Assembly (NCBI GenBank): GCA_022710715.1
Contig: JAKLGJ010000002.1
Location: forward strand, 309,453 to 373,452
DNA length: 64,000 bases
Reading direction: 5' to 3'
Source: Candidatus Omnitrophota bacterium
GTDB lineage: Bacteria > Omnitrophota > Gorgyraeia > Gygaellales > Profunditerraquicolaceae
Within the stretch, counting starts at the first letter, position 1. Each line of letters starts with the position of its first letter. The notes under the pieces were generated by a model. That model was not told where the DNA came from and searched no databases. It saw only the letters and a program-made list of their open reading frames with translations. Shown piece by piece: positions 49,501-61,500 of the stretch. The position numbers were made by a program, and so were the translations under genes.

Positions 49501-52500
49501 AATCTCATCTATACCAACTATCTGGCTTCTTTCGAGTCCAAACAGCGCTATCGCCTCAAAGATCTCTTTAAAGGAATGGAGATGATCCCCGACTGGCAGG
49601 GCGAGATCTATAAAGCGAATATGGCGGTTTTTGCGGCTAAACTGGACGAGTTATTGACCGAAGGGATCATCGGCCTGGAATTCGACCAGAAAAAACCGCG
49701 GCGGATGCTGGTGGATGCGGTTAAACTCACGTTGCAGCGTTTCGGACAGGCCAGGCCCCAGAAGAAAAAAGGTAAAGAAGAGGCTAAGCCGTTCGCGAGG
49801 ATCAAGGGTATGCTGGGCGAAATATCCGGCCTGCATAAATTCACCTTTATCTTCGAGGATACCATAGAGTTTCTGCATTCGCTGGCCAATCTGGAAGAAT
49901 ATCAGCGCGTGTTCACCTCGGTACGCGGCTGCAAGGAAGTGGACGCGACCAGCCGCCGGACCATACTCGAATTCAAATATATGACGCATATGCGCGATCT
50001 CTATGAGCAGATCGCCGGGTACGGAAAAGATATCTCGGTATTCAGCATGCTTATTTCGGCGCACAAGCGCCGGGATGGGTTCTCGCGCGCCGATGATAAA
50101 GCGCTGGAAGGCGTGCACAATATCGTCTACTTCGCCGAAAACGACTGCCAGATGGTCGCGGCGGTCAACCGTTTTGTCCGGCGTTACTCAAAACGCCACG
50201 GAGATGAAGTCGATGCCCAGATGCATAAAACGCTCCTGGAGCGCACGATGAGCAACGGGGAAGGTTTTACCGTGCGCATGACCATAGATGAATTCCGGGC
50301 CTTGCTGCTTGACGATCGCGTCATGCAGTTATTTTTACGCGAGATTGAAGCCGGGGATTGGCAGTGGAAACGAAACGATGTTATCGCCGATATCAAGTTC
50401 ATATTCAGCCAGTTCAAGAAATACGTCCCGCACGATGATTTCGATATTTATTTGAGCGTGAGCAACCCCGCCGTGCCGGATGAGCAGCGGATACCTGCGG
50501 TCGCGGATACGGAACAGCCCGACGGCGGGTACAAAAAAGCGGTTGATAGCTTCTTCGAAAATAAGCTTCCTTTTGAGGATAACCGGTTCCGTCCTTTGAC
50601 CGCGGTCAAATTTATCCTGGGCAGCATTGCCACCGCGATTGGCATGGCGCTGGGCGGCATAAGCGCGTATATACTGTTGCAGGCGGCTGCCTGGATAGGA
50701 ATGGTCATCGGCAGGAACATCCTGGTGGATATGAAAGCCTGCCGGGAAGCCGAGAATAAAACAAGCTGCATGCGCGACCAGCTCTCGGCACTGGCTTCTT
50801 TCCGCAGGAAAAAACTCGCCAATGACATGTTTGTCAGCGGTTTTTCGAGTATTCCCATCATCGCAGTCAAGATGTTCGGTTCCAACTATCTGGCCGCCGA
50901 ATTTTTCCCCGGGCATGTCGCCGCGCAGATACTCCTGGATATCGCTATAGTCAGTCTGGTCGGAGGATTGATCAATTACTGGCAGCGCCTGGCGAGGGAT
51001 TATTCCGCGGCGGTATCACTGAAAGATTTCCGCCGAAGCTTGCTAATGAGCGCCGGCGCATACGGGATATTCATTATTCTGTTTGCCATCGGCATGACTC
51101 AAACACTGGTCTTCTCCGCGGTTATATTCGCCCTCACGCGCAAGTTCATCGGCGAAGCCTATGCCGCGTACGCGGAGTATCCCGAAGTCAAAGAAAATTA
51201 TGCGCGTAATTTCAACGGCAATAACGGCGGGAAAGAACAAGACGGCGGATTGCTGCAGTCCCGGATGGAGCGTCGGGCGTGGGGAGGGAAGATCCTGCCC
51301 TACGGTCAAGCGGCTGGTTTATTTAAAACTCAAGAATTTCACCGGTTGCGGCGCTATATTGCTCGCGCAGTTCGCAGTGGAGTAAGGTTCATTATTATCG
51401 GGGAGTCCCACGATATGGAGGAAATCAACCCGGTGGTTACCGGGATCCTGAACGCCGTCCGGGAGCAGGGCAAGCGGCCGGCTTTGTATCTGGAAGCCCT
51501 GACCAGCGGAAGGTATGATGAAAAGGGCGAGGTTCTGAAAGATCCCCGCCGGGTCTACGGCCACAATCCCTCCAAGTACGACCGGCTTATAGAGAGCGTG
51601 ACAAAGAAAGGGATCGACGTTTTCGGTATAGACGCCGCCTGGACCAGTACTTTTGATGCGGAACGGGTCCCTTACTGGGCAGAGTACATACTGGCTAATT
51701 CAGGCGAGGTGGCGGTTATCCTGGTCGGAGCGGGGCATGTCAATTATTGGCAGCAGTCTTTCTCCAAAAACCCGTTCTTCTTCCTGCCGGTTATGCTCGT
51801 GCAGCGGGGAGTGTCTGCTTCGGAGATACTCACGCTCACGTACGCCAAAGTGTATAATGCCGATGCCGCGGGAAATCTGGGGGCGGCATATCATCGCATT
51901 GCCCAGACACGGCAGCTCAACAGCTTCAAGGAGTCCCGCGAACATCCGGTTCTGCGTTATTTCCAGGAGCACGGCATTGCGGACGTCCTGGTGCTGGGGG
52001 TGAATATTTCCCATCACGCGCAGCCGGCGGAAAGCGACGGCGGAATAATTTTCAGCCATGACATCATTGAGAAATGGCAGTATACGGAGCAATCCGGCGG
52101 CGTAGAGATGCAAGGGGACTTTTCGGCGCTACCGGGTAACCGCGAAGTTTTCCTCGGCACGGTGAAGATGAAAATTACCGGCGACGCCGTGATCGCGGAC
52201 ATGTGCAGCGATATTCAGACACATATAGCCGGACAATACCTGGGTGAAGAGATGTTCACCCGGGCATATGTGCACGCCTATGGCGTAAGCCACCGGTGGG
52301 GGTTGTATCCGTCGAGCGCGCACGCGGGCTTTATCCTGGATATGCCGGAGATCGGAGAGCCTGATGTGGCGCTCAAGGTTTTGTTGAGGATGGACCGGTT
52401 CTTCAACCGTCTGCAAACCCATTATCTGGAAAAAGACGAGATTTCCTATGACGTGTTCCGGCATCACCCTTCCTGGGAGTATTATTTCTGGGAAGCGCCG

Positions 52501-55500
52501 CTGGAGGGTTTTGTAAAAGGGAGCTTGAGGAAATGGCAGAGGCTGTTCTACCGCGACCGGGTAATGACCTATTCCGCTCACCGGGGCCGGAATCCGGGGC
52601 AGCAATGGCGGCAAGTGAAAAAAGAAATCGATTGGCCGCAGGCTTCCGCGGTGTTATCGCGGCAGTTCGACAGCGCTTTGCTGCAATCTGGCTTATGGGA
52701 CTGGCAATTGCAGAAATCGGGCATGCCAGATGGCGGCATTCTCGATCAGCCGGTTTCTTTTCAAGAGTATCTCACCCCGGCATTAATCGTAACGCCTAAA
52801 TCCATTCCGGAACCGCGGCAGCGTTGCAGCGAAATTAACGCCGCCGCCAAAGCATTCTTTGCTGCAACCGGCAGGGGCGTTGCAGGAAAGTACGCGCGCC
52901 GGGAAAAGGTGAATATCGGCTGGTGCGAGGACGGAGCGACCAGGCTTGTTTTCGCCGAAGACGTTTCCGGCAGGGTGGTCGGCGCCGTGGTGATGATGCT
53001 CGGAGAGATGTACACTCTGTCGGTTGATCCGGCGTGGCGCGACAACGGGCTGGGTGAAGTCCTGTTGCGCGAGACCCTTATTCGCAATAAAGCGGCCGGA
53101 TACGACTATCTTAAGCTTGAAAGCACTTTTCTTGCGCTCAATTTCTATGCGAAATGCAATCAACGGATCCGGAGCATAACGGGCATACCCATTGAAGCCG
53201 GGTTGGCCGCAGACGGAAACATTGCGTATCGTTATGACCTGCAATCCGTCCCTGCCTCCGCATTGCTCGCGTTGCGGAATTATTCCCCGCGTATATCGCG
53301 CAGAGACAAGCTCGCTTACGCGCGCGCGTATCTGGACAGCCGGTCATGGCATGACGGAGGCATGGCGAGAAAAGAGGTGCGGCTTACTCTGGAGAGCGAT
53401 GAAGACTTTGAGAATATTCCCCATATCAATGCGTATGTGGCGACCATTAATATCGTTCGGGGATTGAAGACCACGGATGAACCGTTTATCGCCGGCAGGC
53501 TCTTTTTCGGGGAGTCCATCGCGGATTTCCTGCGCAGGATAAACAGGTTAGAAGGCGGCAACGCCTTGATTATCGGCGCAGGCGCAGGCATTATCGTAAA
53601 AGATATCAGAGACGCTTTCCCGCGCGTACGACTGTCTTTCATCAACAAAGAGCTTATCGCGCTGCCGATCGGTACGCTCTGGCACAAGCTGAATCTCAAG
53701 GGCGCTGCCTACGAGCAGCGGCTGCAGGAAGCGCGCGAGTTCGTACGATACTTTCACCGCACTGTCATCTATCACGATGTTGAGCACGGATTGCCGTTCT
53801 CTGACCGGACGTTCGATTGCGTCATCGTGCCCGATGCGGTTGACGAGTATATTGTGCATAAAGCAGAGCTTATCCGGGATGTTAAACGGGTATTGAAACC
53901 CGCCGGCGCGGCGTTCTTCAGCGATCTGGCCAAGTTCAACGTTTTCGGTTTTTATGCCGACGGGTTCTTTGAGCAGTTGAACAGAGCCGGACCCGTAGAA
54001 TACCGTTATCTTGCTTCCAGATCCTCTCCAGATCGCGGAACGCTCAAGATCAACAATATCCTGGCGCACAAGCCATTTCCCGGACTGTTCCTTATTCGAT
54101 CCGAAGAAATAAAACACCCTGAATTGCCATCCTCTTACGCGTCGTATTACCGATGGAATTCCAACGCCGAAAACGATAAATACTCTGACGGTGGTAAGAA
54201 TCCGCTGGTTGCTATTCTCATTAAGCTTCTGTCATTTAACCGCGGCAATCAGGAGCTCTCCGCTTGGGTGCGCGGGGCCGCGGCGATAATCCTGGGCAAG
54301 ATCGGAGATCCCCGGGGCATTGAGGCGCTGCTCGTGGTCTTCAGAGACGATTCGCGGCAGGAGCATGAACGGCTTATCGCTGCCCGGGGCTTGAATGAAT
54401 ATTTGAAGCGCGTATTCGGGGAAGCAGACGGCGGTAAGACAGTATTGTTGCGCAAAGGCATTATCGATACCAAAGCAGATCCGGAAGTCTTTACTCCGCT
54501 CGAGGGTTGGGAAGAAAAGAATTACGATCGCTTGGCCGAATACGTCAAGGCGATGTGGAGCCTCCCGGAATTGCGCCTGTACGATCATCGAGGGCAAAGG
54601 ATCTTTTATAATTATATTGACCGGTTGCTCTATGCGGGACACGAGATGTATAAGCCCGAACGGGAAGATCTCAAGCCCGGCGTATTCAAGGAAGTCGAGC
54701 TCAACGATAACGCCATAGCCATATTCGGCGATTTTGTCACAGCTCATCTGCTCACCCAGTGGCTGGAAGAAAGAGACGACGGTCCTCAACCGGACAGAGA
54801 GGAATTCATCACCTGGGTTTGCCGCAGGTTCAATCTGCAGGCGATCGGCGACCAGGCGGATATCCCGCAGGGATACTTCCTGCTGACGCGACAGCCCGTG
54901 GACTGGCCAGAGCCGTCGGACAAAGAAGTCCAAACCGCTGTTGACCCGCTGGATCAGGCCAGGCAGCTTTTGCTCGAATTCTCTTATCCGCTGCCGGAGA
55001 TTTCATTGTGGGGCAATCTGCCGAAATGGCGGGATTTTGTTTTCCCGGATGAGGAAGGACGGCTCTGGAAAGTGCGTTCCTGGAATACCCTGCCCAGGTT
55101 CTGGGTGCGGGGAGAAGTGCCGCAGTTCTTGCGTTTTGCCATCGAGGAATCCGGCCGGGAGAGAGTGCTTTTCGACCAGGAACAGGCAGCAGCCTATGAA
55201 CAAATACGCGAGGCCAGCCTGTCGAGGAACGGCTTGATCCTGGCGGAGATCAAAAATACCGGATTCGAGGCGTTGCGCCTGGATCCCCTGGAGACCATCG
55301 TCAGCATCCCGCGCAACCGCTTGCTTGCCGGCGCATGGGTGGTGGCCGGAGATGACCGGGAAGGCGCTCGCGCCTTCTATAAAGACGGGGATCTGCTCAT
55401 CTATGCCCGCGCCGGCAGCGAGCAGTTTATCACGCGGGCGGAGGATCTCAACAGGGTTCCGGAGATCTATGCGCAGCAGAAAGAGAACGAGCGCGCGTCT

Positions 55501-58500
55501 TTTGCGGCGCAAGGAGGCGGGTTTTTCCGTTATTTCCTGATGCAGCTGCCTGAAGAGCCGCGCAGGGCTCTGGCGATTAATGAAGAAGTGTTCGAGCTGC
55601 CCGGCGCGCAGGAAGCGTTGTATGCTCTGCTGGAGTTGAAAAATATCGCGTCGGTGTATCTCTTCGGTTCTGCCGCCCGGCACTGGAAAGAACATTTCGG
55701 AGACCATCGCCTGAAGATCGCGGATTCTCTGGATGATATCCGGCAGGAAAACGCTCAAGAGCCCGCGACGATTGCCATGCCGGCAGAGCGTGCAGAGCTG
55801 TTGTCTGCATTTGCCGACGCCCTGGCGCAGGTATATGGTGATGGCGAACGCCAGCAGGCGGTTCTGGACTATTTCAAAAACGCGCTGGCCTGCGCCGGCC
55901 GTTCGGCAGGCCGGTCTGACGGCGGAAGGCTTTATTTCTTCGACAACCGCATCGCGATAGAACCCGCAGCCGCCGATTTCCTGGAACGCACCCGGGGCCA
56001 CTACCGGATTTTCACTGCCTGCAGCGGCGCTGCCTGCGGGGAGACGGGGATCGGTAAGATTCGCCGTTATGGCTCGCGTAGCCCCAAGCGCAGCGATCAG
56101 CTTATCGAAATCGGCGGCGGCAAGATCTACGTGAGCGCGCATCAGCTCGATTTCGTGCTGCGCTACTTCGGGTCCATCGAGGTCTATTATGACCCGGATC
56201 AGGATGATCTGTCCATCCGTCCAGACGGAGGGCAAACAACCACCATCCGTTTCGATAAAAAGCTGGCCTACGTCGTCGTCCCGGATTACGAAGCATTGAG
56301 CGAAACGGTAACCGGGATAGTCCGCAATCTTATCCGCGAGAAACCCGATGCTGTACTCCTGGTGCCGGGATGCAATACGCCTATGGGATTCTATCGGAAA
56401 CTGGCGGTTTGTGTGCGTACGGGAGAAGTGGATATTTCGAATGTGCGGTTCGTGACCCTTGACGCGCCTATCGGCCTGGAGCTGATCGATTCCCGAAACT
56501 TCCGGATGTACATGTATAATTACTTTTACCGATTCATCTTCGGGGATATTCCGCAGGGGGCGGACAAAGAACAATTCCTGAAAAGTTTCTACAAGGAGCA
56601 TCCCAATCTCGTCGTAGCCTACGTCCCGCCCGACGCTTCCGATGCAGAGTCGGGGCGGATTGCCGGAGAATTCGGCGATACGCTTGCGCGTATGGGATAT
56701 GCCGATATGGCTTTCCTTGGATTGGGGCTGGCCAGGGAAAGAGCCGACGGTAGATTGATCGGAGGGCATATCGCTTTTAACGAGCCCGGCACTCCGCTTG
56801 AATCTCAAGCCAGGATCGTCGATCTGACCGAGCACAGCATAAGCACTAAATTCGTCAGTTGCAACGTATCTTTGTGGGACAAAGAAGATATGAATCGCGG
56901 CCCGCCGCAGCGGGCGATCACCGTGGGTGTTCAGGACATTCTGCGTTCCAGGATCATTCTCATCGCTGCTTCAGGCAAGAATAAAGCCCGGGAGGTGCAA
57001 TACCTCCTGGAAGGAGAGATAACCGACGATTTTCCCGCCACGTATCTTCATACCGTAAAAGATAAAACACTGTTAATTGTGGATAAAGAAGCTGCCGCTT
57101 TGCTTGATGATCGTGCCGAGCCGGTTGACGGAGGCAAGGATGAAGTTCTGGGCTGGGGGTGCTGCCTCGAGCCGGGCAGCCTTACCGCGCTGGTGAGGGA
57201 AGAGTATCCGCATAGTTTTATCAGCGGTTTATGCGCGCAGGGCGCGTGTATTTCCTGGAAAAGTCTGCGGGGTGCGACCAAAGAAATTCTTGAAAAGAAC
57301 CAGGGGCTCTATGACCGGATACGCACGGGCAGCATCAAACCGGTTATCGTCCATAATGAGGCTACGGGAAGAGACGGCGTTCCGATCATCTCGATAGATA
57401 AGAATACCGGGCATTTCATCATTGCCGCGCGGCATCGGGGAAGATTGTACGTATCCCTGGCGCTGCTGAAGCTTTTGATCGAAAAGGACCGTAGAGACGA
57501 AATAGAGCTGTTGTTGAATTGGGCCGACATGCCGATGGCGCAGCAGGATGCGCAGGGGGAGAAATCCTGGGAACGCTTCTGCGCCCTGGCGCTGCGCGAA
57601 TGGGCCATGGAGACCGTAAAGAAATGGTATATTCCTACCGAAGAACGGTTATTCGCGGTCAAATGCATACAATTGCTCCAGTCGGCGGATTACCTTACCC
57701 GCAGCACGGAAATGTCCGGCCGGGTCGATATGCACATTCATTCGGTCTATTCGGACGGATTCTTCACTCCTGCCCATCTGGTGGTGGAATACTGGCTGAA
57801 AGGCTGGTCAGTGATGTCCATCACCGACCACGACACGTTTGAAAGTCAGCCCGAAGCTATCGCGGCAGCCGAGATCCTGGGAGGGATACAATATGTTCCC
57901 GGCATCGAAATGACCATCTATACTCCCGAACATCTGGTGGAGAGCGTACATCTGCTCGGCTACTGGAGAAAGAATAACCGGGCATTCCTGCAATGGCTGG
58001 AGCGGGCCAGAGAACACGGATGGCTGGAGGGCATCGAGACCAATCGCCGTGAATCGAAAAGAATCACCGCCGCCATACTTGCTGATTTCAACCGGCGGCA
58101 GCCGAAATTGGCGGTTACCGATGACGACATTCGCAGGGTATTCCCCCGCGGAGAATTGTTCAATAAGAACGATATAGCCACGGTGCTTTATGTAACGCAC
58201 GGCCCGCCGGGAAGAGGAGCGGTCAAGGAAAAGGATATCAACGGTTTCAAGATCGGCTGTCTGACCAACCTCCCGGCATACTGCGACAAGACAAAATGCG
58301 CTTTCACTTTCGATGAAGCCATGGCTTTTTGTCTCGACCACGGATTCCTTCCCGTTTTCGCTCATCCTTTAAGGAGAGAAGGGTGGAATATGATCAAGGT
58401 TAAGAATGCGCTGGCCCAATACAGCCGCATCGACCGTAAGGGTAAACTGTGGCCGGGTTTCCGCGCGGTGGAATGCGTGCACAGCGGAGAGAGCGAAGCG

Positions 58501-61500
58501 AACATGCGCAAGCTTTTTGCCACGGTCGACCACTTCAACCGCAACTATTACTGGGCTTGTCCGCTGGCCGTGACCGTGGGCACGGATACGCACCGGGATT
58601 GGGACAAATGCTTCGGGATACATTGTCCTTCCTATACGCGCGAGGGGTTGTTCGCGATGAGGAAAGGCCTGCTTGCCGGTATATTATTGCCGATGCAAAA
58701 AAGGGTAAATTTCTTCGCCGACGTCCTGTTCTACTGGATACGGCTTACGGTTTTCGAGAAGCTGATGAGTCCCGTCAGCCTTGTCTGGAGTCCGGATAAT
58801 GCCCTGCTGGGCACGGAAAATGAATATCAGCGGATGGTTACGGTAGCCCCTCTGGTGATCAAGGAATTGGGCAGACGCATGCGCAGCGACCGGCGCAACG
58901 ATTTTCTGTACGGTTTTCTGGCCCAGGCGCTGATCACTCACAACGACATTCCGGAAACGTACAAAGCCGGAATCAAGGCGTTTGTCTCGGACATGTTCGA
59001 CCTGTCCCGCATCCAGGCGCAGGAGCGTTTCGTCACCGCCTGTCTTCTGGACAGGCATCTGTCGTCACCTTCCGGCTTCACTGAAACTCTTCTGCTCCAG
59101 GCGAAAGCGGCATATTTGGGGGCATGGGGAATTACGGCTGAAGAGCTGCCCGGCGTCCTGGAAAGCGCGGTAGAGAGCCGGTACCTGGAAAGGGACCGGC
59201 TGTTGCGGCCGGGATACCTGCGCAACGACCGTCAGGCAGAAGAGACGGTGTATTTGCTGGATAAGAGCTTTTGTGTGCTTTCGAACGAGAATACGCTTCT
59301 GGAGAGAGTCCGTGATGTCAATCCGGAAACGCGCATTGCGGTGCTCAAAACGTTGATCGATCAATTCTCGCTGCCCGGAGAGCGGACCCTGGCATTGCTG
59401 GCCGAGTTGCTGGTTAAGGATCCCGATGCCTATGTCCGTCGTCTCGCCGCCCAGACCCTGGGCAAGATCGGCGACCGCAGGCATCTGGCCGCGTTGAATC
59501 AGGCGGCGGTCATCGACACGGATAAGACCGTGCGCAGCGATGCGGCAACCGCGGCGGCAGCCGTCCAGAACGGCCAGAAAGGCCTGGACAAGATAAACGG
59601 CAGAATCAAGAGGGCCAGGAACAGCTCATCGAGCGCGCCGGACGGCGGCAGATTGTCCGATAGCGAAGCCCGGCAAACGATCGAACGACTTATAAAAGAA
59701 TTCCAGGAATTCGTCAACATCGTCAATGCCGATCTTGCTAAAATCGCCCCGGCGCTTAAAAATCGGACTCTTACGCTGCCGGAGGAAGCAGCATTCACTA
59801 TCGATGAAACAACCACGATGCAGGGATTAACCGAAGATTTCTGGCGGGTATACGCAGATAGCTATAACCGGCAGCTCATCGATTGGCACAGGGCGTTGAG
59901 CGAAAGCTCGGTACCGATAACCATCAACAGCGCGTACGAAGAATTCCTTAAAAATGAGTTTTTGCCGGACAACGCGGGGATAGCGGTTACGGCGCTGGAC
60001 GTCGGGACCGGGCCGGGAACCGTTGCTGCGTTGTTACTCAAAGCAGGCGTCCGCAATGTTATAGGGGTAGATATTTCGCCGGAAATGCTCCAAACGGCAG
60101 CCGCAAACACCGGATTTGCCGGGTCAAGAACCGATTTTATCGCTGCCAATGCGGTAAACCTGCCTTTGATGGATCATGCGGTTGATGCGGTATATTCGGC
60201 CTGGACGTTAAAATATCTACCGGATGTTTTACGTGTTCAGGCGCTTGAAGAGTTTTACCGTGTCCTGAAGGTTGGCGGCAGCATGCATCTCTTGAGCTTG
60301 CAGGAAATGGTGAATGAAACGTCCGCGCTCGGCACTCGGTGGAAGCCGACAACCGAGTGGCCGATGGACAAATATCGATCTATCCTTGAAAGGATCGGCT
60401 TCTCCGGGATCGCAATGGAAGATGTTGCCAATTGCCGCGTCGTGCTTGCGGCAAAAACAGCCGTGAGCGCCGACGGCGGAGCGCGCAGGTATTATAAAGA
60501 GTTTTTCGGGAAATATCCGCAGTTGAAGATGCTCAAAGCGATTGTCGCGGATGCAGACGATTCGATAATGCTCAAAGGTAAGCCGCTGGATGCGCCGATG
60601 AGCGCAGTCATCCATCAACTGCGCGTGGACAAGGGAATGCAATTCGCCCTGGTCACCGGCGATAGTTACGATCATATGCTCGACCGGTACGTCGCCGCGC
60701 TTTCCGCCCCGGCCAAAGCGGATCAGCTTTTGATCGTGGAGAACGGCGGCAGGATATTCAGATTCGATACTGCGGGAGCGCTCGATCCGGCGCCCGCGCA
60801 GGCATTCCCGGTTTTTGACCGGGAAGAGGACGTGCTGGCTCTTGTCGGCGCCATAGAATCGGCGGTAAGGAGCGTGTTCGAGGCTAACGGCGTAGATCCC
60901 GATCAGACCAATGTCTGGCCTATCCGGCGCAGGCCAGCCGACCGTCCCGACGAACTGAACATATCGATGCGGGATGCGTTGCCTCTACGGGAGCAGGTAG
61001 CCGGCGAGGTGCGCGCGCGCCTGGCGCTGGACCCGATCAGGTTCAAAGGGGTCAAAGTCTTCGTGTCTTCCGCTGCCGTGGAAGTGTCCCGCCAGGATAA
61101 GGGCGATGCGATGAATCATATTGTAGAGACGCTGGGTATCAAGCCTTCAGCCATACTTCTGTTGGTGGACAGCGAAATAGATGATCCGATGATGCTCGCT
61201 TTTAAGGATAGCGTGAAGCTCTGGCTCGGGCCGGAACCGTATGCCGGAAAAGCCGAAAATGTGATCAACGCGCGCATTCCCGGCCCCGCCGGCGCGCAGG
61301 AATTCCTGGACCTGCTGCTCGACGAGGAATTCCTCGCGCAGTCGTCTCTTCTGTGGGAAGGCAGGATTCCGTGGGTGGGCGATTTTGCGGTTGCGCCGGT
61401 CGGCTGCCCGTGCTGCGGCAGGCGCGACTATGATGTTTTGAGCAGGATCCGGGTCAACGGTCAGGAGCTGGAGATAGTCAAGTGCCGGGATGACGGATGC

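Noticed and set aside
55003-56835. 610-aa minus-strand ORF, the longest in the supplied track. Also 2053-3678 (541 aa), 46528-47808 (426 aa), 13243-14265 (340 aa) and many more minus-strand ORFs.
   Set aside because: They lie antisense to + strand frame-1 sequence that carries recognisable enzyme motifs (NagB GGHIAFNEPG, CBM/CE4, HAD etc.). Their translations are Arg/Pro/Gly-rich low-complexity, typical of shadow ORFs in GC-rich coding DNA. None has a recognisable motif.
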